NCBI GenBank assembly: GCA_964640345.1
Contig: CAZXFU010000035.1
Span: 1 to 13,371, forward strand
Direction of reading: 5' to 3'
Source of the DNA: an uncultured Eubacteriales bacterium
GTDB lineage: Bacteria > Bacillota > Clostridia > TANB77 > RGIG9151
DNA length: 13,371 nucleotides
Position 1 is the stretch's first letter, and every line of letters begins with the position of its first letter. This document shows, piece by piece, positions 7,185-13,371 of this stretch. Below the pieces are notes generated by a model that saw only the letters and a list, made by a program, of their open reading frames with translations, made no database searches and was not told where the DNA came from. Both the position numbers and the translations under genes were made by a program.

Positions 7185-7409
7185 TTATTCTTGTTTATCA
7201 GAAGAAGCACTAGCAGGGCTCATAATGGAGCTAATAGCCTGGCTAGCTTTTCCCATTCCTGATTCTGCACTACTACCGGACCCATTTGCTTTCTTTACTA
7301 TGGGAAGAACTACTGCGACAATTAGTGCAATAACTAAGCCAACAATTATCATAAGTGTAACGATGTCAGCTATTCCACCTTTTTTCAACATATTTTTAAT
7401 CCTCTTCAT
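7185..7409 (-). CDS. Mini-pilin-like protein 1 (74 aa), probable major subunit
   Basis: MKRIKNMLKKGG-IADIVTLMIIVGLVIALIVAVVLP, followed by a Ser/Ala/Gly-rich tail. Strong RBS AAAGGAGGA with 5-nt spacing. It is the first gene of the cluster and is followed by the hairpin. Confidence 0.75.
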   Translation of the reverse strand: MKRIKNMLKKGGIADIVTLMIIVGLVIALIVAVVLPIVKKANGSGSSAESGMGKASQAISSIMSPASASSDKQE

Positions 7410-7549
7410 AAAGCATCCTCCTTTTTAATTTAATATGCTTATTTTAAAAAGCACATCATCATACTCTATACACTTATTATAATCGGCATAATTCCCGCTT
7501 TAGTTTAGTGTTTTTTCTTTCTTTCTCAAAAAAATGTAAAATTAGAGCA
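7410..7549 (-). promoter_or_regulatory. Intergenic region upstream of the pilin cluster, with a candidate promoter
   Basis: 140-nt AT-rich gap. On the minus strand there is a perfect TATAAT at 7481-7476, but only a poor -35 (ACTAAA). I see no terminator hairpin after the dCMP deaminase stop, so read-through from upstream cannot be excluded. Confidence 0.3.
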
Positions 7550-8038
7550 TTATTCCTTTATTACTATTTCTTCAAATCCTTCTAAATGTCTGTACTTTAC
7601 TCCACATACATCCATAAGTTTCTTCGAGGCAAAAAAAGCATCTTGTTTTGCGTATTTATCGCTTAAATATATAACTTCTTTAATACCGGATTGTACAATA
7701 AGCTTTGCACACTCATTACAAGGGAATAAATCAACATATATCTTTGCATTTTCCAAATCTCTCTTATTTCCTCTGTAATTCATAATCGCATTCATTTCCG
7801 CATGGCAAACATAAAAATACTTCGTCTCAATAGCGTTCCCTTCTCTTGCCCAAGGGAAATTATCATCATCAAAGCCATTTGGTGCCCCATTATATCCAAT
7901 CGATAAAATTCTGTTGTCCTGGCTTACGATACACGCTCCAACCTGAGTAGATGGGTCTTTGCTCCTCATCGACGACAACTTAGCAATTGCCATAAAATAA
8001 TTATCCCACGTTAAATATTCTTCTCTTTTCTTAGTCAT
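7550..8038 (-). CDS. comEB: dCMP deaminase (ComEB/DCTD family)
   Basis: Zn-binding motifs CHAEMNAI and PCNECAKLI. N-terminus YLTWDNYFMAIAKLSSMRSKDPSTQVGACIV is typical of dCMP deaminases. 162 aa. Confidence 0.9.
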   Translation of the reverse strand: MTKKREEYLTWDNYFMAIAKLSSMRSKDPSTQVGACIVSQDNRILSIGYNGAPNGFDDDNFPWAREGNAIETKYFYVCHAEMNAIMNYRGNKRDLENAKIYVDLFPCNECAKLIVQSGIKEVIYLSDKYAKQDAFFASKKLMDVCGVKYRHLEGFEEIVIKE

Positions 8039-8063
8039 AATCTATTACTCCTCAGTCAAAAAT

Positions 8064-8798
8064 TTAATACATCTCCGTAACGCAATCTTCTCCTACATAT
8101 GTTCCTATATTCTCGCCTTCACATAATCTTATAACTGAGTTCTTTTCTTCAAAATCAAAAACATACAAAGGCATCTTATATTCGCTTGCTAACATAAACG
8201 CAGACTGGTCTGCAACTTGAAGTCTCTTTTCAATAACTTCTTCATATGTAGCCGTTTTATATCTCTTAGCATTAGGATCGTCTTTAGGATTAGCAGTATA
8301 TATACCATTAACTCCTTCTTTTGCCATCAATACAACATCCGCCCTAATCTCAAGAGCTTTCTGAATAGAAGTATAATCCGTTGTAACATAAGGATTTCCC
8401 GTTCCGCCACCAAAAATAACAATTCTTCCCCTGTCTAAATACTTAAGTGCCTTAAGTCTTATATATGGCTCAGCAACAGTATTCATATGGATAGACGTCA
8501 TAACCCTTACATTCTCTATTCCCTTTGCTGTTAGTGCTCCTCTTAACATCAAGCTATTCATAATAGTAGCTAACATCCCTATATTATCCGCTTCAGCTCT
8601 TTCAAAATTCCAGTCATCCGCAACTCTTCCCCTAAAAATGTTTCCGCCGCCAATAACGATTGCAACCTCAATACCCGCATTGGCTGCCGTAATAATTTCA
8701 TTCGTAATATGGTCCAAAGCCCCTTTTGTATAGCCATGTCTTTCATCTTTTGATAAAGCTCCGCCGCTCAGTTTTAATAAGACTCTTTTATACTTCAT
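8064..8798 (-). CDS. pyrH: UMP kinase-like amino-acid-kinase family protein (divergent PyrH paralogue)
   Basis: YKRVLLKLSGGAL, VIGGGNIFRG, GMLATIMNS and GGGTGNPYVTTD match the PyrH signature. Several positions usually conserved in PyrH differ, as I recall the consensus: KLSGEAL becomes KLSGGAL, VDGVY becomes VNGIY, ADP becomes ANP. Confidence 0.8.
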   Translation of the reverse strand: MKYKRVLLKLSGGALSKDERHGYTKGALDHITNEIITAANAGIEVAIVIGGGNIFRGRVADDWNFERAEADNIGMLATIMNSLMLRGALTAKGIENVRVMTSIHMNTVAEPYIRLKALKYLDRGRIVIFGGGTGNPYVTTDYTSIQKALEIRADVVLMAKEGVNGIYTANPKDDPNAKRYKTATYEEVIEKRLQVADQSAFMLASEYKMPLYVFDFEEKNSVIRLCEGENIGTYVGEDCVTEMY

Positions 8799-8821
8799 AA
8801 TTACACACTCCTTTTATACAT

Positions 8822-9448
8822 TTACTTTGTTCCGTAAATTCTGTCTCCGGCATCTCCAAGACCCGGCACAATATATCCTTTTTCATTTAAGTGACTGTCT
8901 ATACTTGTACAATAAATTTGAACATCAGGATGTTCTTTTTTTATCTTTTCAAGTCCTTCCGGAACTGCAATTAGTGCTAAGAATTTAATTTTCTTTACCC
9001 CAATGTTCTTTAAACTTTGTATTGCATCGCAGGCACTCCCGCCCGTCGCAATCATAGGATCAAGGATTATAACAGTTCTGTTCTCAATGCCGTGAGGCAC
9101 CTTAAAATAGTATTGAGTAGGTTCTAATGTGTCTTCATTCCTAAATAATCCGATATGACCTACTTTTGCGTTAGGAATAATATTAAGAATTCCTTCAACC
9201 ATGCTCATTCCTGCTCTTAAAATAGGTAAAAACGCATAATTGTCTTCATCTAATTTCTGAGCCTTCATCTTTGCAATCGGTGTTTCAATTTCCGTATCAT
9301 ACAAAGGTGCATCTTTTGTAGCTTCGTAGCAAAGCATTGTGGCAAGTTCTGCTGCAATTTCCCTAAACTCTTTTGTTCCTGAATTTTTGTCTCTTAAAAT
9401 TGCAAGTTTGTGTTTTACTAATGGATGTGTTAAAACAATCGGCTCCAT
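8822..9448 (-). CDS. upp: Uracil phosphoribosyltransferase
   Basis: PRPP-binding DPMIATGGS and the C-terminal YIVPGLGDAGDRIYGTK. I prefer the ATG at 9448 (208 aa), preceded by AAGGAGAG with 7-nt spacing. The track's 16-codon extension runs through a leader hairpin. Confidence 0.95.
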   Translation of the reverse strand: MEPIVLTHPLVKHKLAILRDKNSGTKEFREIAAELATMLCYEATKDAPLYDTEIETPIAKMKAQKLDEDNYAFLPILRAGMSMVEGILNIIPNAKVGHIGLFRNEDTLEPTQYYFKVPHGIENRTVIILDPMIATGGSACDAIQSLKNIGVKKIKFLALIAVPEGLEKIKKEHPDVQIYCTSIDSHLNEKGYIVPGLGDAGDRIYGTK

Positions 9449-9480
9449 TTCACTTCTCTCCTTTTCAGCACTAAATTTGG

Positions 9481-9512
9481 TACAAAAAAATTTCAAAGTA
9501 CTGCTTACTTTG
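9481..9512 (-). promoter_or_regulatory. Terminator-like hairpin plus U-tract in the upp 5' leader (candidate attenuator)
   Basis: Minus strand: CAAAGTA-agcag-TACTTTG, followed by AAATTTTTTTGT. It lies between the candidate promoter and the upp RBS. Confidence 0.35.
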
Positions 9513-9527
9513 TCCCATCTTTAAAAT

Positions 9528-9555
9528 ATTATCACAAAATTACTCATAAATACAA
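9528..9555 (-). promoter_or_regulatory. Candidate sigma-A promoter for the upp operon
   Basis: Minus strand: TTGTAT (9555-9550), a 16-nt spacer, then TGT-GATAAT (extended -10; hexamer 9533-9528). Confidence 0.4.
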
Positions 9556-9627
9556 TATTTATATGTATATTTTATATTTTTTTGCTAAAAATAGGTACAA
9601 AAAGTGAAATGTCTAACGAGGTGGATT

Positions 9628-10059
9628 ATGAAAAAAGTACTTATGTTATTAATATCTGTCAGTATTCTTATAATGTCATGCTTTGCCGATTCGAATACAA
9701 GAAACAATGAGTCGGAACTGCTGGCAAGAATCGTACATGCAGAGTCAAAAGGCGAGCCGTATTTAGGACAAGTATCTGTTGCTGCCGTAATTCTAAACAG
9801 AATAGACAGTCCGGATTTTCCTAACACTCTTGCCGGCGTAATATATCAACCCGGAGCGTTCGAACCGGTCTCAAACGGGACTATAAATCAAGACGTTCCA
9901 AAAGATGCCAGTGCAAGGCGTGCAGCCCAAGAAGCGTTAAACGGATATGATCCGACAGGCGGATGCCTTTATTTCTATAACCCTGCAACTGCCAAAAGCA
10001 AATGGATTTGGGGTAAACAAGTAGTAAAAACAATCGGCAAACACAACTTTGCAAAATAA
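9628..10059 (+). CDS. sleB: SleB-family spore cortex-lytic hydrolase, catalytic domain only, with a signal peptide
   Basis: AESKGEPYLGQVSVAAVILNRIDSPDFPNTLAGVIYQPGAF...LYFYNPATAKSKWIWGKQVVKTIGKHNF closely parallels the SleB/CwlJ catalytic domain. It lies immediately upstream of ypeB. The start is set at the ATG at 9628, preceded by GAGGTGG. The N-terminal signal is possibly lipoprotein-like (LIMSC). Confidence 0.85.
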   Translation: MKKVLMLLISVSILIMSCFADSNTRNNESELLARIVHAESKGEPYLGQVSVAAVILNRIDSPDFPNTLAGVIYQPGAFEPVSNGTINQDVPKDASARRAAQEALNGYDPTGGCLYFYNPATAKSKWIWGKQVVKTIGKHNFAK

Positions 10060-10102
10060 AATTTTATCTGTAATACAAATATGAAACGGAGGAAAAACAA
10101 AT

Positions 10103-11485
10103 ATGAATTTTGCAGACAAATTAAAAGACTGGCGAAATCGTCTAAGAGACAGACATATGTTTACCATAGTGATTTCTTCTTTTTTAGTAATAATAGCACT
10201 TCTATGTTACATTTTTAAAATAAGAAACGATAATAAGCAAGCACTTGAGAACAGATATAACCAAGCATTTTACGAAATGTCTTCATATATAGAAAACATA
10301 GACACTCTTCTCGCAAAGTCTTTAGTAAGTAAAGACCCAACTCATGGTGCAAGGACAATGAGTGAAGTATGGCGTCAGGCAAATTTAGCAAAAACAAATC
10401 TCTCTCAACTCCCTATCGAGCAAAATCTAATAGCACAAACATCGAAATTTTTATCTCAAACAAGCGATTTTTCACGTTCACTAACCCTCCAAACAATTGA
10501 CCAAAAGCCGGTAACAGAGGAACAGCTTGGGCAAATAAAATCACTTTCTGACTATGCAAACAAACTTCAAACCAGTATATTAGAGCTTTCCTCTCAATTA
10601 AGTGAAGGACGTCTTTCTTGGAACGAGCTTACTAACAAGGGTTCTAAGACATTTGCAAAACTCGGAAACAGCAACGAGTCAAACACTTTTCAGGAAATGT
10701 CTGATAATTTCCAAGACTATCCGGGTTTAATATACGACGGTCCTTTTTCCGATCACATAACAGAATTAACTCCCAAAGGGATAACAGGCGAAAATATTGA
10801 CCGGGAAAAGGCGAAAAAAATAGCAACCGACTTTATAGGTGCCGACAGAATAAAAGAAATAACTTCAATTAGTGAATCATTTAATTCTAAAATACCTTGT
10901 TACAGCTTATCAATGAAATTAAAAAACGAAGAAGAAGCTAATATGGACATCTCCCAAAAAGGTGGTCATGTGATATGGTTTTTATATAATAAGGATGTAA
11001 AAGACAAAAAACTAACAATAGACGATGCAAAGGCACGTGCTCTTGAATTTCTAAATTCACGTGGATTAACAAGCATGAAATCAACCTATTATATAGAAGA
11101 AAATAATATAGCAACATTAAACTTTGCATACACTCAAAACGACGTAACAATTTATCCCGACTTAATAAAAATTGCAATCGCAATGGACAACGGAGATATA
11201 ACAGGTTTTGAATCCGCCGGTTATCTTTTCTCTCACGAACAAAGAGTAATAAAGACACCAAAGATCACAAAGGACGAGGCACTTTCCAATATAAACAAAG
11301 ACTTAACCCCTGAATATACCGGACTTGCAATAATCCCAACAGATGTAAAAACCGAAGTCTTAGTTCACGAATTCAAAGGCAAAGTAGACAATAGAGACTT
11401 TATTGTATATATAAACGCAGAAACAGGAAAAGAAGAGGACATTTTAATAATAATAAATACACCTAACGGTATATTAACAATATAA
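10103..11485 (+). CDS. ypeB: Germination protein YpeB (PepSY domains)
   Basis: N-terminal TM helix. Blocks NRYNQAFYEMSSYIENID, EVWRQANLAKTNLSQLP and ISQKGGHVIWFLYNKDVKDKKLTIDDAKARALEFL parallel B. subtilis YpeB. It follows sleB. Confidence 0.92.
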   Translation: MNFADKLKDWRNRLRDRHMFTIVISSFLVIIALLCYIFKIRNDNKQALENRYNQAFYEMSSYIENIDTLLAKSLVSKDPTHGARTMSEVWRQANLAKTNLSQLPIEQNLIAQTSKFLSQTSDFSRSLTLQTIDQKPVTEEQLGQIKSLSDYANKLQTSILELSSQLSEGRLSWNELTNKGSKTFAKLGNSNESNTFQEMSDNFQDYPGLIYDGPFSDHITELTPKGITGENIDREKAKKIATDFIGADRIKEITSISESFNSKIPCYSLSMKLKNEEEANMDISQKGGHVIWFLYNKDVKDKKLTIDDAKARALEFLNSRGLTSMKSTYYIEENNIATLNFAYTQNDVTIYPDLIKIAIAMDNGDITGFESAGYLFSHEQRVIKTPKITKDEALSNINKDLTPEYTGLAIIPTDVKTEVLVHEFKGKVDNRDFIVYINAETGKEEDILIIINTPNGILTI

Positions 11486-11495
11486 GGAGGCAAAC

Positions 11496-11942
11496 ATGAA
11501 ACAACCATATACAAAACCCGAATATTCAAAATATGTAGACAAAAAATCGCCTAACAGCCCATTATGGAAAAACATTTTATGGGCATTTGCCATCGGCGGA
11601 ATAATATGTATAATAGGTCAATTTATAACAAACTTCTTTCTCTCAAGAGGATTGCCAAAAGAAACAGTATCCGCAATAACTTCAATACTCCTTATACTCG
11701 GTGCAATAATTTTAACCGCTCTTGGCTGGTATGACAGGATAGGAAAACGTGCCGGTGCCGGCTCGGTCGTTCCCATTACAGGATTTGCAAATTCAATTGC
11801 CTCTCCTGCAATAGAATTTAAAACAGAAGGCTTAATCATGGGACTTGGTGCAAAAATGTTCACGGTAGCAGGTCCTGTACTGGTTTACGGTATATCATCA
11901 TCAATAATTGTAGGCTTCTTGTACTTTATATTTAATCTTTAA
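11496..11942 (+). CDS. spoVAC: Stage V sporulation protein AC (DPA channel component)
   Basis: Membrane protein containing GAGSVVPITGFANSIASPAIEFKTEGLIMGLGAKMF, typical of SpoVAC. Its start is 10 nt after the ypeB stop, with RBS AGGAGG. Confidence 0.93.
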   Translation: MKQPYTKPEYSKYVDKKSPNSPLWKNILWAFAIGGIICIIGQFITNFFLSRGLPKETVSAITSILLILGAIILTALGWYDRIGKRAGAGSVVPITGFANSIASPAIEFKTEGLIMGLGAKMFTVAGPVLVYGISSSIIVGFLYFIFNL

Positions 11943-11998
11943 TTTACGTCCTTGGAGAGGGACAATAAAAAATACTACAAACAAACAAGGAGAGTAAA

Positions 11999-13003
11999 AT
12001 GAAACGTTTAGGGAAAAAAACAGTTATTTTGCCGTCACAACCTCATATAATTGAGACCTCATCAATTGTAGGAAAAAAAGAAGGCGAAGGTCCACTTGCG
12101 AAATATTTTGATTTTATATTAAGCGACGAATACTGGGGAGAAAAAAGTTTTGAAAAAACAGAAATAAAAATTTTAAAAGAAAATCTTAATAAAGTCCTTC
12201 AAAAAGCAAATAAAACCCCGGAAGATATAAACTATGTATTAGCAGGCGACCTGCTAAATCAATGTATTTCCTCATCATATGCAGTAAGAGAAAGTGAAAT
12301 TCCGTTTATCGGCTTGTACGGTGCATGTTCCACAATGGTAGAATCTATGGCACTCGGCTCGATGATAGTTGACGGAGGATTTGCAGACAATGTACTTGCA
12401 ATAACATCCAGTCATTTCTGCTCGGCAGAACGTCAGTTTAGATTTCCTCTCGAACAAGGAACTCAGCGCCCGCCAACCTCCCAATGGACAGTAACAGGCT
12501 CCGGTGCAGCGATAATATCTACCGACCAAAAAGGTCCTAAAATAACGCATGTAACAATCGGCTCGGTCGTAGACATGGGAATAAAAGACGCCAACAACAT
12601 GGGAGCCGCAATGGCACCGGCTGCGGCAGATACAATATATTCACATCTAAAAGAAACCGGACGTGCTCCGAACTATTATGACCTTATAGTAACTGGCGAC
12701 CTAGGATATATAGGCGGAGAAATCTTAAAAGACTTGCTGCAAAAAAATGATATAAATATAAAAAACAGATATAACGACTGCGGTATTTTAATGTTTGACA
12801 AGCAAAAGCAAGACACTCATTCGGGCGGAAGCGGTTGCGGCTGCTGTGGAAGTGTGTTCGCAGGATTTTTATATGAAAAATTGCAAAAAAAAGAGCTAAA
12901 TAAAATTCTGCTTGTCGCAACAGGAGCATTAATGAGCACAACTGCAGTACAACAAGGCGAAGCAATAGAAGGTATTGCCCATGCCATCGCAATAGAAAAT
13001 TAG
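11999..13003 (+). CDS. spoVAD: Stage V sporulation protein AD
   Basis: 334 aa, thiolase-like. GLYGACSTMVESMALG and the C-terminal SGGSGCGCCGSV motif are typical of SpoVAD. It sits between spoVAC and spoVAE. Confidence 0.93.
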   Translation: MKRLGKKTVILPSQPHIIETSSIVGKKEGEGPLAKYFDFILSDEYWGEKSFEKTEIKILKENLNKVLQKANKTPEDINYVLAGDLLNQCISSSYAVRESEIPFIGLYGACSTMVESMALGSMIVDGGFADNVLAITSSHFCSAERQFRFPLEQGTQRPPTSQWTVTGSGAAIISTDQKGPKITHVTIGSVVDMGIKDANNMGAAMAPAAADTIYSHLKETGRAPNYYDLIVTGDLGYIGGEILKDLLQKNDINIKNRYNDCGILMFDKQKQDTHSGGSGCGCCGSVFAGFLYEKLQKKELNKILLVATGALMSTTAVQQGEAIEGIAHAIAIEN

Positions 13004-13014
13004 GAGGTAAAAAT

Positions 13015-13371
13015 ATGTCATATTTAACAGCGTTCATAACAGGCGGTATAATATGCTCAATAGGTCAAATTCTAATAGATAAAACAAAACTCACACCCGC
13101 AAGAATATTAGTGCTGTTTATAGTAACCGGTGTAATTCTTACAGCAATAGGAATATATGAACCAATCGTAAAATGGGGCGGAGCAGGTGCAACAGTTCCA
13201 TTAACCGGATTTGGATATTCACTCGTTAACGGAGTAATAAAGGAAGTAAACAATTATGGCTTTTTAGGTATATTTACCGGCGGAATAAAAGCAACCGCCG
13301 CAGGTGTTGGAGCCGCAATATTTTTTAGTCTAATTGCAGGTCTAATTTTCAGAGCTCACGCTAAGACATAA
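13015..13371 (+). CDS. spoVAE: Stage V sporulation protein AE (SpoVAEb type)
   Basis: Membrane protein paralogous to SpoVAC (GGAGATVPLTGFGYSLVNGV). RBS AGGAGG. The stop TAA is at the window end. Confidence 0.9.
   Translation: MSYLTAFITGGIICSIGQILIDKTKLTPARILVLFIVTGVILTAIGIYEPIVKWGGAGATVPLTGFGYSLVNGVIKEVNNYGFLGIFTGGIKATAAGVGAAIFFSLIAGLIFRAHAKT

Noticed and set aside
6938-7428. Plus-strand ORFs 6938-7213 (91 aa) and 7225-7428 (67 aa), and the minus-strand out-of-frame ORF 6992-7210 (72 aa).
   Set aside because: These are antisense or out-of-frame shadows of the mini-pilin genes. They have no SD, and their hydrophobic or Pro/Ser-rich sequences are mirror-image artefacts. The pilin frames have strong RBSs and mutual paralogy.
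7410-7549. Possible c-di-GMP riboswitch upstream of the pilin cluster, by analogy with clostridial type IV pilin genes.
   Set aside because: The region is only 140 nt and very AT-rich. It lacks the G/C-rich conserved cores I associate with c-di-GMP-I and c-di-GMP-II aptamers, and no convincing multi-helix fold is visible.
9449-9496. 16-codon N-terminal extension of upp (MKFFCTKFSAEKERSE).
   Set aside because: The internal ATG at 9448 has a near-perfect SD and gives the canonical 208-aa Upp N-terminus. The extension runs through the leader hairpin and U-tract.
9449-9527. PyrR-binding anti-antiterminator loop in the upp leader.
   Set aside because: There is no match to the UCCAGAGAGG-type PyrR recognition loop on the minus strand.
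9541-9627. Sigma-G, sigma-F, sigma-E or sigma-K sporulation promoter upstream of sleB.
   Set aside because: Only partial matches are present (for example GTATA, 17 nt, AAAAATA, and CATAAATA). In such AT-rich DNA these are not distinguishable from chance, so I make no call.
9-13253. Remaining short ORFs nested antisense or out of frame in recognised genes: 9-257(-), 1687-1905(+), 2769-2981(+), 2860-3066(+), 3087-3290(+), 8217-8438(+), 9339-9524(+), 9585-9827(-), 9937-10167(-), 10215-10397(-), 10644-10826(-), 10938-11261(-), 11618-11863(-), 12275-12550(-), 12684-13037(-), 13065-13253(-).
   Set aside because: Each overlaps a gene with clear family-level sequence signatures on the other strand or in another frame. 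None has a recognisable motif or a convincing SD.
1-13371. CRISPR arrays, IS elements or transposase genes, integrases, tRNA or rRNA genes, and toxin-antitoxin or known defence-system genes.
   Set aside because: I saw no repeat-spacer periodicity, terminal inverted repeats, recombinase-like ORFs or tRNA-like cloverleaf segments on reading both strands. The dCMP deaminase looks like a housekeeping ComEB/DCTD type, not a defence-type deaminase fused to an NTPase.

Overview
Core chromosomal window from a low-GC, endospore-forming Firmicute (Clostridia-like). I cannot name the species from sequence alone. Left to right: the 3' part of an SH3b-NlpC/P60 cell-wall hydrolase (+). Then, on the minus strand, the conserved block SRP RNA (ffs/scr) - dnaX - ybaB - recR, with a membrane HAMP/HD-GYP c-di-GMP phosphodiesterase gene sitting between the SRP RNA and dnaX. 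Upstream of that on the same strand is a compact six-gene pilin-like cluster (about 4649-7409). It holds three tandem mini-pilin genes (74, 56 and 57 aa; the last two are below the ORF-track cutoff and I translated them by hand), a TadE-like protein, a 340-aa TadG-like protein and a short A24 prepilin peptidase. No ATPase or platform genes are in the window. Next comes a pyrimidine operon, upp - divergent pyrH-like - dCMP deaminase (minus strand). Last, on the plus strand, is a tightly packed germination and dipicolinate (DPA) channel gene string, sleB-ypeB-spoVAC-spoVAD-spoVAE. The most interesting candidate is the motor-less Tad/Flp-like pilin module, whose signal-peptide motif (K/R-G-G | hydrophobic-acidic) is non-canonical. 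Secondary observations: an in-frame A7 slippery site in dnaX at the domain III/IV boundary, a 36-nt hairpin after the first pilin gene, a terminator-like hairpin in the upp leader, and a divergent UMP-kinase paralogue. I saw no CRISPR array, IS element, tRNA or rRNA.
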